Assembly (NCBI GenBank): GCA_973895155.1
Contig: OZ316891.1
Coordinates: 7,999,875-8,063,874, forward strand
Source: Marsupella aquatica
Lineage: Eukaryota; Plantae; Marchantiophyta
Length of the DNA: 64,000 bases
Direction: 5' to 3'
A program made the position numbers and the translations under genes. Every line of letters begins with the position of its first letter. Position 1 is the stretch's first letter. Under the pieces are notes generated by a model. It had not been told where the DNA came from. It saw nothing but the letters and a program-made list of their open reading frames with translations, and searched no databases. Positions 24,297-36,033 of the stretch are shown here, one piece after another.

Positions 24297-26939
24297 GTGA
24301 AATGTAAGTGAGCTTCATTCTTCTGGTAGAATGAATTAATGATGAAGCGTGCTGAGGGAGTGCAAAGAAAAATTAGGAGAAGTTTTTGTGATCTGTGGAA
24401 AGAATACTTGGGTTGGGAGAGCTTTGGAAAATGATGGACTAAACATGATCAATAAGTTGTAATGAGACTCTTTATATTGATGACTCTGGGCTTGTTAACC
24501 ATGGCAACTGAGAATTTAAATCACTACAATATAGCTTTTAGCTCCCACTGCACCCCTTTAGTGTCCTGTGGTCTCTCCAGCCCTCACCGCCCCGCCTTCT
24601 CTCATTGGCCCAGATTGTTGACCTGGTTGGGCTTCCCTGACCCACTCCTCCTCACTCAAGTCATCCCACGTGCAACAGCACTCTTAGAGAGAACACTTTG
24701 CACAACAGCACTTCATGCAATGCACGTGCATTGAGCTACAATAGTGTTTGTGTTATGTACCAATGCAATTGAAAAGACTACGAGTATTATTTGTGTGAGT
24801 TTCTGCCACTTAGAATAATTTGTCCCAACTAGAAGCCTGAGTGGGAAAACCATTTTTCAGCAAACAGCCACCTGGTTTTCTTTTATGTAAACAGACATCC
24901 TCAGAATCACAATAGAGCATAAACAATTGCATTTACAGAAAAAACCTTTAGAATATTGCAAGTCCTCCATATATATCAGGCAACTACCACGGACGTGTGA
25001 AGAAACTTTCTGCACTGTATTAGATTGGAACACACTATTAAGGAAATGTCTCTGGGACCAACCCCATAGCCAGGTGTTTCATCCTACCAGAAAGTCAATG
25101 GGTAGACAACAACAATTGACCTTCAATTCCTTCTTCCTTAACTGGTGGACCCACATCCTCCCCGAATGACTTTTTGTTTTGTTTTGCCTTGAAAACCAGC
25201 AGGCCCATCCAGGAATTTCTGTTTCACACCTAGGGAATCAAGCATCCCTCTGATTGTTTCTTCTACCTTATGTTGTGCTGTCCATTGGGATTTCTCTCTA
25301 ACTGACGAGAAGAACAGCCAGATGGCATGATCCAAGCTTCTAATGTGATGCAAAAGTGCAATACTTTGGGGATTCATTATGGAGACATGATGAAACAAGT
25401 CCTCAAGAGGTTGTGCGTATCCACATTTTTTATGCAAAGGAGGTCATGTTAGAGAAAAGTAAGCCCGAATTCTGAGGACAGTGCTTAGGGAGGACCATAC
25501 AAGTGTCCTCAAAGCATCTCCATCCAGAATGGCCATACAAAGTAAAACTTGGACATTTGGGCTTACCGATCAATGTCTTGTATTAGAGTGCGAAGACATT
25601 ACTAGATTTGACCTCCAAAACCATGCTTGGGTGTGACAAGCTTTGTGCTTTGTACCAGTCCTGTCCCGAGCTCCCACTACATATTTTGCCAATACTGCCT
25701 CCATCCAAGGTAATAGTCTCTAAAACCATACCCGTGGCCCAAGTCGCACATCGGAGCTCGCCCCGGGATGGCTAAAGCATCCAAGTGTGGATTGTGGCCT
25801 TCTGTCCTTGTGGGAAAAAGCACTTCGTGGGCGATCGAGCACAGCACTGGCAAACAAGTGCAACTGGTCCAAAGGCACCATATACCATAAATAAGTTCTC
25901 TGTAGTTTTCAAGTTCTCATCTTCAGCGTCCAGGATGAATGAGATCTTCATCCAAGATGCTCCAGTTCCCGTGACTCTTGCTTTCTTATAACTACAGGAC
26001 AGGACACTAACGAATTAAGTTTAGCCAGGTGAGAGTGTCTTCATCATCATCGTCATGCCCGGATCTTATGTAAAACTTCTCAGTGTCTCGGAGCAATGAA
26101 TGGATGAACCAACTCAAAGTCCGTGAGGTCCTACATGTCCCTGGAATGTACAACGACTCAGAGTGAACTCTCGTACCACGGAAAAGGGGCGGCGAATACA
26201 GGGGGGCAACTAGCAGGCAGGTCTTGTGAACATAGTGATTTGAGGCAAAAACTAAATATTTCTACAACTCTGGTCATTCCCTCTGATCTAGACACGGCGT
26301 TCAAATAAACGCCCTATTCAACCAAAAAAAAGCCCCCATACGCTGTTCGTGGCAAAGTTTACGTATGTTGCTCTGATCTAGGGATGTTCTTCAAATGTCC
26401 AGGCGTGAGAGCGACATCTAAATTAGGCTGAGAGAATTGTTTCTAACAAATCCACGGACCTTAAGAGTATCTCCCCCTCATTGTCTTGTACCCAGAGTTG
26501 GTATTTCATACCTTCCACCGATTTCTTCCACAAATTTGTTCTCATATTGCTTCAAGACCTGAATGGAAACATGCATTATCAGAGATTCTATCTACTTGCA
26601 TGAAGATCAAAGAAACACCACCCCACACTACCCGGAAATTCAAACAAAGCTTTTCGTAGGCAAGCTAAAACAGAAAAGGTTCACCCAGTACTAGAATCTA
26701 TTTCTATGGTAGAAAACACCAAACAGCACAGAACCTGAATCCAATGGTCGTTTGAACTTGCCTCGATGGATAGCCAATGTCAGCAAAAGTACTTGAGGTT
26801 TCTTTAAAGCTCTGCGTCTCCCTTGCTGTCTACTCGGTTTACTTCCGGTCAGCTATCAGAAAGCTGGAGGCAGCGAGATCATTTGTGTTCATTCATCATC
26901 TTTAGATGAATATAAATCTTAGCCGAAATGGTCGGCAAA

Positions 26940-29900
26940 TCAGCTGATGAGAAACAAAGGAGAAAAGTTTGAACTAAAGGCCAATTTCAATTCAGCCCTG
27001 ATTTCTGAACTGCCTAACCGCACCGTCAGCTGGTTTTCATAAGCCTCCAAGACTTGCACCAGGGTATTGGATACAAGAGGATTCAATGGCAGCTGTCTAA
27101 GTAGATCTGAAACCTCAGCCAGACCACGAACAAATTCCTCTTCGTGAGGAGGGTCTGCTCCGGTTTCTGAACAGTTTGTCTCGATCCTAGAACCAACAAA
27201 TGTAAGGAGGCCAAGAAGACTGCGGTACAAACTTCTGAATATTTCTTCATGATTTGTCACCCCACCAACCCAATGCACTCTGTCGTTGATCTGCATGCTT
27301 AATTGAGCACACAACCTGGCCCGCTCCAAATACTTCATCCTCCACTTACACAAAAAGGGACCATACCAAGGAGCTAGTACTGCTGCGTCGCCAGACTGTT
27401 TCACGAACTTTTCAAGATGCAGACAACAAAGCTGCACGAACAACAACTCCTCCCCGTGATGATTGTCGATTTCCTTGTCAAATAGGTGGCGGACCAAGTT
27501 AATATCACCACCGGCAAAATCCGTACTATCCTCAGATCCAAGCACCCACTCGGCAAGAACCTCATAGTATTCTCTCCACTGCCCAAATTGAGAACTTAAA
27601 TACTCAAATGTGACTTGAATAACTTTCTCCACCTGAGCTGCCACAACATCATTTGTTTCGGAGTCTGCCTTTGTAATGACCTTCAGTATTGAAAGAGCAA
27701 GTTTCTGCCTTAGATCTAAATCTTCATCCTCCAAAAGCTTGATGCATATACACCAAGAAGAAAGAATGGCTCTGGCGTACCACTCTACATCTGCCGGTTC
27801 CAATGAATCATTAGAACCTCCAAGTCTGTGTGAATCTTCCATAAACTTATGCCCAATCCAATTTGCGTCTTCGAGCATACCCGAAGCCACAATGGCTTCA
27901 GAAGTGGCTCGTCGAAAGTTTACTGCTTCACTGGCTACAGAATGTACCTTTGCTATGTCTAACCATACATTTACTGAAGCCTTGAAAGTAAACATATTTT
28001 TTGTGAAAATCACATTTGATGGACAATTGAGTCGACGAACATGCGTCTCAGCTCCATCCACAGGCAAATGATTTTGAGATATCCAAAGAGTCCCCTTGCT
28101 TAAGTCACCGGACTTCATACGATCAACAACACCGACTGTTATGTGCCGTAACGAGCCTCCAAGGCAGCGCACTGCGACTTCCTTGGTTTTCATTTCTTTT
28201 GACGTCTTATAGATCTTCAAAAGAGAGACCCACAGTTCTTGAGAAGACATCCCACTGCCCCATACAGAATCATTGTTTAGGCTCGTTTGTATTTGCCCTT
28301 CCTGACTGGTAATCATTCTGTCCCTGCTGTCAATCAGTGTCCAAGAACAGATCACTTGGAGAATGCGACGGATGCAAGGAGAGTGGGTTTCGACACACAA
28401 TCTTTCAATAATGAGAGGTCGTAGGAAGTTCCAGGTGCCTGTGCGCTGATTAATTTGTAAATGTTGTCCCCCTAGTGATTTCTCCTGTTCAGCCCACTGG
28501 AGGCCACAATGCTTCTTTAATACCTTCAAAGTAGCCAAACGGACTTCATAACTAGAGTCCACTAAAGCTTGTTTCAGCCTTCTCACAAACTGCCCACATT
28601 TCTGAGGGCCGCTGCAAGAAGATCCCACTGCACCTCCAGCCTGTACCTCTGATTTGTCAGTTATGTCCCCAGATACATGTATGACCAATCCTGCATCCTT
28701 CTCCTCGTCAGATATCAGATGATAAGATTGGAAGGACCCTTTTGTGAGCATTGTCTGGAAATAGAGCTTTGCTGCTTTCTCACGTAAACTAACTTTTGTT
28801 GAATCGTGCCAATTCAGATCTTCGGTGGAGTCATCCAAACACGCACAGCTCAGCGCACCTAGTAGAACTTGAAGGTGGTTGATAACTCTCTCTGGGTTTG
28901 ATATTTTTTCTTGGCAGAGCTGTGCAAGGCAGAGCAAACCACCAAGCATATCCAAAAATGAACCAGTTACCATGTAACAGCCACAACATCTGATGGATCC
29001 TAGCCATAACCGTTCTTCAACAGCCTGAGATACTTGTGATACAATTTTACATCGCTCATCTATGTCAAGCAAACCAGTGCAATTGGAAGCTAAAAGTGTG
29101 CACATCTGTAAGAGAATGCCATGTATAGCATTGAAGGAACAAGCCTGAAATACTCCAGTCACATGAGATCCATTTGCCCGACTGTTGACGGGGTTGAAAA
29201 CTAGTTTGTGCTCAACGATGCTCAGTTCCCCTCCTGTCGTTGAGGTTGAGAGAGGTAAACTCTGAGCCAATTGCAGTATAACTATGGATAAATCCTTAGC
29301 AGCAACAAGAGGAGCTAAAGCTTGAGAAGCTAAAACTCGCATGTGCAAGTTCCGTTGTGTTGCGCACTGAGACACATAAGGTATAAAAGCTGAAGGATTT
29401 AACCAATCTTCAACATCACTGTTGATGAAGGAAGGTTTTAAGCGAGATAAGATAATCAAAACGGGTCCCAAACTAGGATGAAGTAAACTTCCCATTCCAC
29501 TTCCTGCACTTGCGCCATGTTCCAACTGCCAAGTTGCTTCCTGCAGCTCTTGCAAAAGGAAAGGATGTAGAGTTGGGTATCTGTCAAAGCGTAGCACAAA
29601 GTATAATCCAATCAGCAATAATAAGAAGGAAGGTTTTAAGCGAGATAAGAAGAAATTGGCTTGCCAAAGCAGTGATTCGCGAAGCAGGAACCTCTGATTG
29701 AGCTTGTCTTCATCATCACCACTGATATAAGCGGAGATAATTGCGAACAATGAATTTCTTACAAAGCCAGACTATCGACATTCTGAATTATGAAGTGGAC
29801 TGGTCAAAGAGCACAATGCTAGGAGGGCTGTAAAAATATAAATTTTGTGACATATACAGTACTTTGAAGTCTCCAACTAAATTTTCATGCATGAATCTCA

Positions 29901-32900
29901 ACCATGCTCTTACTACTAGCATCCCACTATGCATGATCAGTTCTAATTAAGATACCCAACAACAGAACAGGACTGAAAAGGAAAAGAGGAAGAGAAAAGC
30001 ATTGACTATATATAAATACCTATGGAAAAACTCAAATCCGGTGATTGCACGTCGAGCGGACTCTCGTTTGAAGACATTCAAGAAACCAATAGTCCTATGT
30101 ACCAGTGCCGTGAAAGCAAGCGTAGCACTATTTCTTACTTCCCAATAAGAGCATGAAAATGCTTGTATGGCAGTAATAAGACCCTCAGCACAAAAGCCTG
30201 ATGTATCAGTTGCCAACATTGTGTCATGGAAGGCCATTCTTAGCACATTAAAAGCATGGACAGTTGGGACCACTCCCTCATCTCGTGACTTCAAAGCTAC
30301 TGGGGTCCCGTCTTTTCTCATCTCAGAAAGATCTTCTCCGGAGATGCCGTGCACTGGCAGGACGTGTTCTGTTTGCCGCACCAGGTCTTGCTTTTGTTCC
30401 ACCTCACTCGTTGTCTTGCCGTGCCGTCTTGACTTACTGAGAAATCCCTTGCAAGTGTCCAACAACCAGCGCATCCCCATTGGAAGAAGTTTTTTGGGTG
30501 ACCCATCTGGTTCTGCGAGAAACAGAGCCAGAAAAGCAGGGGGAATACCAGCACTTCTTCTCAGCAGGTCATCCACAACCTGACCTCTCGCACCAGTATG
30601 ATCCATGAGTTGCTGGAGCCATATTTCGGGCAGCTTATTGAGCCTGGAAACATCGATACCAAACAGTAAGCTGACAAAGCCTCAAACCTGACAAATTATC
30701 TACTGTGACTAGCATTCAGCACGAGCGCAATGATTCTAGCAACAATACTCGGAGTCATCCCACGAAATTCAAAATGAAGAGTGGCCAAAACAATTGACGG
30801 CGAGAGAGAAACCGACAGGTCACAAAGCAAGTTTGTTGTCCGGACTAAGAAAACAGACCAGGGATCACTTGACCGCAACAAACGATCAGAAAGAGCAATG
30901 AAGCCAGTCCGAGTCTTGTCAATGGCACCATTATGTTTCATGCTCAGAAGCACTTGCACAAAATGACTTCCAATGGCCTCAAGCTGTTTACCATCCAACA
31001 TTGGACAAGGCCTGGTTATGTCAGGCGATGATCGACTACTTGGAGTTCCATTTTCTCCTTTGCCCACTTTGGGTATGCTAGGACTCCCCGGCAGAGGCAC
31101 TACTCTTGCAATGGTTCCCAGGAGGAGGCTGACCTGTATTCACCAAACGAATCATTCTGGTCAGGTGAGTCAATTTGGGATAGAAAGCATTCCAGTATTA
31201 GAAGTGCCGATACTAAAACCGCACAGGTTCATACAAATTGCAGATTAATTGTTTCGAAAATAACCGAAAAAAAAAACCTCTGCCAAGATTAGACATTCAG
31301 TTTCCGAACAAGGAGAACCAACAGATTGCTAAACCATTCAATTGAATGAAGAGAATAGAATTGGTAGTGGAGGTGAATACCTCCTTCACTGAGAGCCAGC
31401 AACCAACCATGACCATCTGCTCTGCTGGAGCAAGGCATTCCTCATAGTATCCATCATTTCCTGCTTCACTGTTGGCAGCCATGAAGTCGAATTGAAAGGA
31501 GTCATTCTCCGAGATCACGCCACCGGAAAGTGAAGAGCCATCTCGTTTAACTTGCAGATTTAGCGCATCCGCAGATACTACCCACAGGGCCAGAGATGTT
31601 ACGCGTAATAGGAGACTGAGAAGCCTCTTCAATACATCACAAAGCTTTTCAGAACAGAACTGCATGGCTGAAGATGTCCAATCTATTTCTTCAACTGTGT
31701 AGCGTAATACTAGCAGCACTCCGTGTACAAAGCTGTGAGTACAAGCCTTGAGTAGGTCTTTCTCTCCCTCTTCAATTCCCCATTGAAGCCAATCATTTAG
31801 TGACTGCAGGTATTCGACAGTGACTTCACCCGGCCCCTGATCAGAGTTGCGCTCAGCTTCGGCAATAGATATAATAACCACCTTCGGATCCGGATGAACC
31901 TTCAAAGACCAGCCCAAGTCTACCACGTACTTCCGAAAGACAAGACGAAATGCAAGAGCGCCAGCATCGCTTTCTCTAACACGAGGACTGTTTACCATGT
32001 CCTTCGCCCACTTCAAGAGCCCCTCAACATTACTCTCCGAATCTAAGCCAGGTAAAGGCGTGGGATATTGTATAAGAATTCTATATGCTCCCTCCCGTAA
32101 TCTATCCCAACTATCCACCAATGCACCAACAACAACTGGTGTGAAGTCTACTGAAAGCAAGACAGGATGGTAGGGAGAAAAGTTCACTTTGTCAAGATAT
32201 GGAGACGATGTATAGCGACCAGATCTTTTCTGCCAAAACTGCTTTAGACTCCACACCTCAATAAGAGCGTTGAAGATCTCCATAGCCATAGTTTTCCGTT
32301 CATATGGAGCAGATGGATATAATGAGCAAATTAACATTCGGCTCAACCAGTGCATGAATTTTTCCATCTGTTTAACAGTAACTGCTGACTGGTCTCTACT
32401 CATCAGAGACCCTAAGTCTTCACCTTCTTCTTGGTCGAAAACACCCCCGTTCCCACTGGACAGTAATTGTATTTGCTTCAACTGAGACGACCTCAAATTG
32501 TCTGCTTTTTGTTGTCTCTCAACTGCTGTCCGCACGCGCAGGAAAAACTTTTTAAGGAAGCTAGTCCATCTCATGCGAAAGGCTGTAGAAGCGCAACGCA
32601 TGTTGAGAGGCAAAGAAATTTTCAGTAAACACAATTCAAATGAGGAAGGCATCGACGCTGTTTTGGGACTCAGACACACCAACTCTGCAGCATCGACACG
32701 CAAGCCATCCTCTTTGTGGGTCAAAGCCATCAAAAGCAGGTTAACCGGGAACTCAACAGGTTGATCCTTTATATAGAGTACTGCTTGTGACACCAGTAAA
32801 GACGATCCGACTACACTAGGGTTATCTTCAAATTCTCCTTCATGCTCAGAATCCACTTCATGAGCTGCACTGAGCTTTTGTTCTATTGAACCATCCACTA

Positions 32901-35205
32901 AGCCAAGAGATCGGGCTACCTTGAGAACTGAAATTAGTAATATAACCTGCTGCTCTACTGCGAACAGTCCAGGCAATCCATGAGCTCCTTCAAGCTCCTC
33001 CCAGCTCAAAGAACTTCTCGGAGTGCTACCATCTTTACCATGTCCATCCAGAATATAAGCAAGCAGGACAGGTAGACTGTCACAGTCAATCTGCATTGCG
33101 ACTGGGAGGGCATACGTAGTCAGGTTATTCCGGAGTCTGCCATCGCCTGTTAGCAAGCCTGAAAGTAAAGGCGGTATCCAGGATCGTCTGCCAACCTTAT
33201 TGCCTTCGTTGACCCCTTCGGCACTCCAACAGTCCTCTTTCAGCCGCTCGAGGAACGTCTTGAGAAAAGTGCTTGCAGAAGAACAGACGTCATCATCGGA
33301 AAAGGCATCAATTGTGTGAAAAAGAAGTTCTGGACTCATCAGCAGCATGTTTCTTGCCCCAATCCTCATTGCTAAGGAAGCTAGAGGTACGTATTTTCCC
33401 TTCCTGTACCGGCCAGTAGCTAATAGATCACTCGCAATTTGTCTCAGGAAGATGTCGCTTCCTATCTCATCCACGATCTTGCTCTCTGCGGTGTCGCTGC
33501 AGTTGATCAAATTGTCGTCCACAACTACTGACGCTTCAACATACCTGTCCCGCTTGTGGACCAACTGCACATCTATAAACAAATCGAAAACAACTTGCAC
33601 TTGTTTCACTGTTTGGGTCAAAGGATCTTCCCAATTGTTCCAGATAAGCTGTAGAACTTGGCTGGTCCTTGCTACAGGTAAGGGATCATAGGGGCAAACG
33701 GAGATATTATGCTGAATTAAGGACTGTTCAAAAGCTTTGAAGGCGGAATGAGTAAGATGCCCACAAATTGAGGTTTTGATTTGCTGGAGACATATTTGCA
33801 TTGCTGTGAACGCGTGGAACATAAAATGACTGTCGACAGAACTCTCGCAAAAATTGCACAGAGCTGGCAGAATACCGTCATAAAGCAGAGTCCATACTTC
33901 TTGCCTATGAGCCTCTTTCTGACCAATATCGTCCTGCTGCTGGTGTGATGGGACTCCAGATTCAGAACAGTTCTTAGAACCTTTCTTAATCCGTAAAAGG
34001 TTGACGTTTAGCACATTTCGAGGGATAGCTGTGAGAATGCCCCTAAAAAAGCAAAGCCTGCCGAAGACCGATAATTTCGTCACCTCTTCTCTCAGACTGC
34101 TTTTGCGGTAAGACTTTACGGCTGTTTCCAAAATACCGCGCTTGACAGAGGCATCTGTCAGTCCCTCATCTGGCGAAAGCACTTGATAGGAATGATGAGT
34201 TGAAGGGAAAGCTGCAGTGGTCAGCATTAGAGCCAGGCCCTCTTGAGACGAAGCCAATTGAGCGGCCGCGGCCAGACCAACCCCAGCTGCTACTAAGCAA
34301 TCCCTGGACAGAACGGCTGTTTGAAGGACATCCAGTAAGCAACACACAATTGCTCCATAGAGGCCTGCTCCTCCTCCATTCTGTGTTGGGGAGCTCTGTC
34401 CCTCTTCAGACCCTGGAGACTGGGAATCAGCAGAAACACATGTCTCACAGCTACTTTTATCGTCGTTGAATTGAGCAGTAGGATCATAAAATTTGTCAGG
34501 GAACTGCTGAAGAAGGTAATATATAGACGACAATGAATCCTGGCACTCCTCCATGTCAGTGGGAGTAGGCCGGCCCCCTTCCAGAGCATGCTGCAAAACA
34601 CTCTGGACATCAAGGCGAAGCGAATTGCTCATGCAAGGAGCACAGAAATGAGCAACCTCTTTCAGGACACCCGGCTGTGGCAGTTGTGCCAGAGATGCAG
34701 ACACAGCCACCACGGCAAACCTACGCAGCTTGGCTCCCCCGGGGGACCCGTAGTCTTGGCAGCATTCCATGAAGGCATTCTGCAAGGGCACAATGTGGTG
34801 CGGCGGCACATGGGAGAGTGTGGAGAGCAAACCTCGTTGTAAAGGGCGGGAATGCTCCACAAACAGAAGCTCGACGTACACCCGAAGGGCAACCTTCAGC
34901 AACTCGTCCTCTTCCACCTTTTCCTCTTCCACCTCCTCCTCCTCCTTCTCACGGCTCTGCTTTTGGCCCAATTCTAGTTGTTGTTGTTGCTGTTGTTGTA
35001 TCACCGAAAGAAGGTTGATGCCCAAATTCTTCACCAAGGAGACCTGCGCATGAATGGATGGCTGACGCTCGAAAGTGGCGAGCTGAGAGGCGAAGGAATG
35101 GAGTGCAGGCCAGGCCTCCAAAGATTGCAGCGTGCCCTCGGGCAGAAACACGGCGTGCTCCGCCCAGCGCTTGCGTCGCTGTTGGGATCTCCACCGCCCT
35201 GCCAT
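26940..35205 (-). CDS. THADA: THADA / Trm732 homolog (ARM/HEAT-repeat, DUF2428; tRNA 2'-O-methylation cofactor of Trm7/FTSJ1), 4 exons, ~2454 aa
   Basis: Exons 35205-31381, 31133-30859, 30643-30020 and 29580-26940 with GT-AG introns and consistent phases. Motifs: MVGCWLSVKEVSLLLG, MKHNGAIDK, LRRSAGIP, VHAFNVLR, WEVRNSATL, FEFFHRYPTLHPFL, FDKEIDN. PolyQ/polyE tract near the N-terminus. Confidence 0.95.
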
Positions 35206-35466
35206 CGCTGCGATGCTCTGCTCCTCAGGAGCTGTGTGCAGCAGAGCAGCGTTCTTAAACCCTACTGTTGTGGTCCTCCTCCATAATCCCCCACGACTGA
35301 CTGCCTCGTGCTTTCGCTACATTTGTGAAAAGCGACGTGAATCTATTCTCCTAAAACCTCGAAGGATTCGCACCTGGACCATTTCGCATGTGATGGTGCT
35401 CTCGCTCTCCACCCTCGCTCTAACCAGTTTCTTGGGGTTTATGTGGTTTTTTTTGGTTGAGTAAGG

Positions 35467-35752
35467 TCCGTTTCCCCTTATTTTTGTTCTCACTGCTTTC
35501 TTTTGATAGAGGATGTCGGTGGCACTTGAGAGGGCTCAGGTTTTCATCATTCTTTCTCGAGTCCTTTTCCCCTTACTTTTGTTCTCACGGTAGTCTTTTG
35601 ATAGAGGATGTTAATGGCAATTCAGAGTACTTAGGCTTCCACCATTCTTTCTCAAGTCCTTTTCCCCTTACTTTTGTTCGTGTGGTAGTCTTTTGATAGA
35701 GGATGTTAATGGAAATTCAGAGGACTCAGGCTTTCCCCATTCTTTCTCGAGC
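35467..35752. repeat. 3 x ~95-bp degenerate tandem repeat in the THADA upstream region
   Basis: ttttgatagaggatgt at 35501, 35596 and 35691. Confidence 0.85.
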
Positions 35753-36033
35753 CAAGGCTATTAGTTTTAGGGCCTCTAGACAGATTCCCTTTAGTGACTT
35801 TTTTATGCAATTTACTCCAAAGTTCTATCAGGCTTTCTAGTTTTATGCTCGGCAAAGTCTTAGATCTTAGTTTAGTTCTTTGTGTATTTTTTGGTATTGT
35901 GGGGGACCCACTTGTTTGTTGGGCCTCCTCCAACTTCTCATGATCATCTTTCTTCTTTCCCTCCCTTTATTGGGTACTTTTGCCTATGGGACCATGTCTC
36001 CCAATTTGGCCCTCCGTGTCTTTTGGCAGTTTG

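Noticed and set aside
29581-29750. N-terminal part of the 936-aa ORF as an independent gene start
   Set aside because: It is intron 3 of THADA; the true acceptor is at 29581 (tttgacAG|ATACCCA, giving RYPTLHP).
27676-35464. Plus-strand ORFs overlapping THADA
   Set aside because: Antisense shadows of long coding exons with no recognisable motifs.
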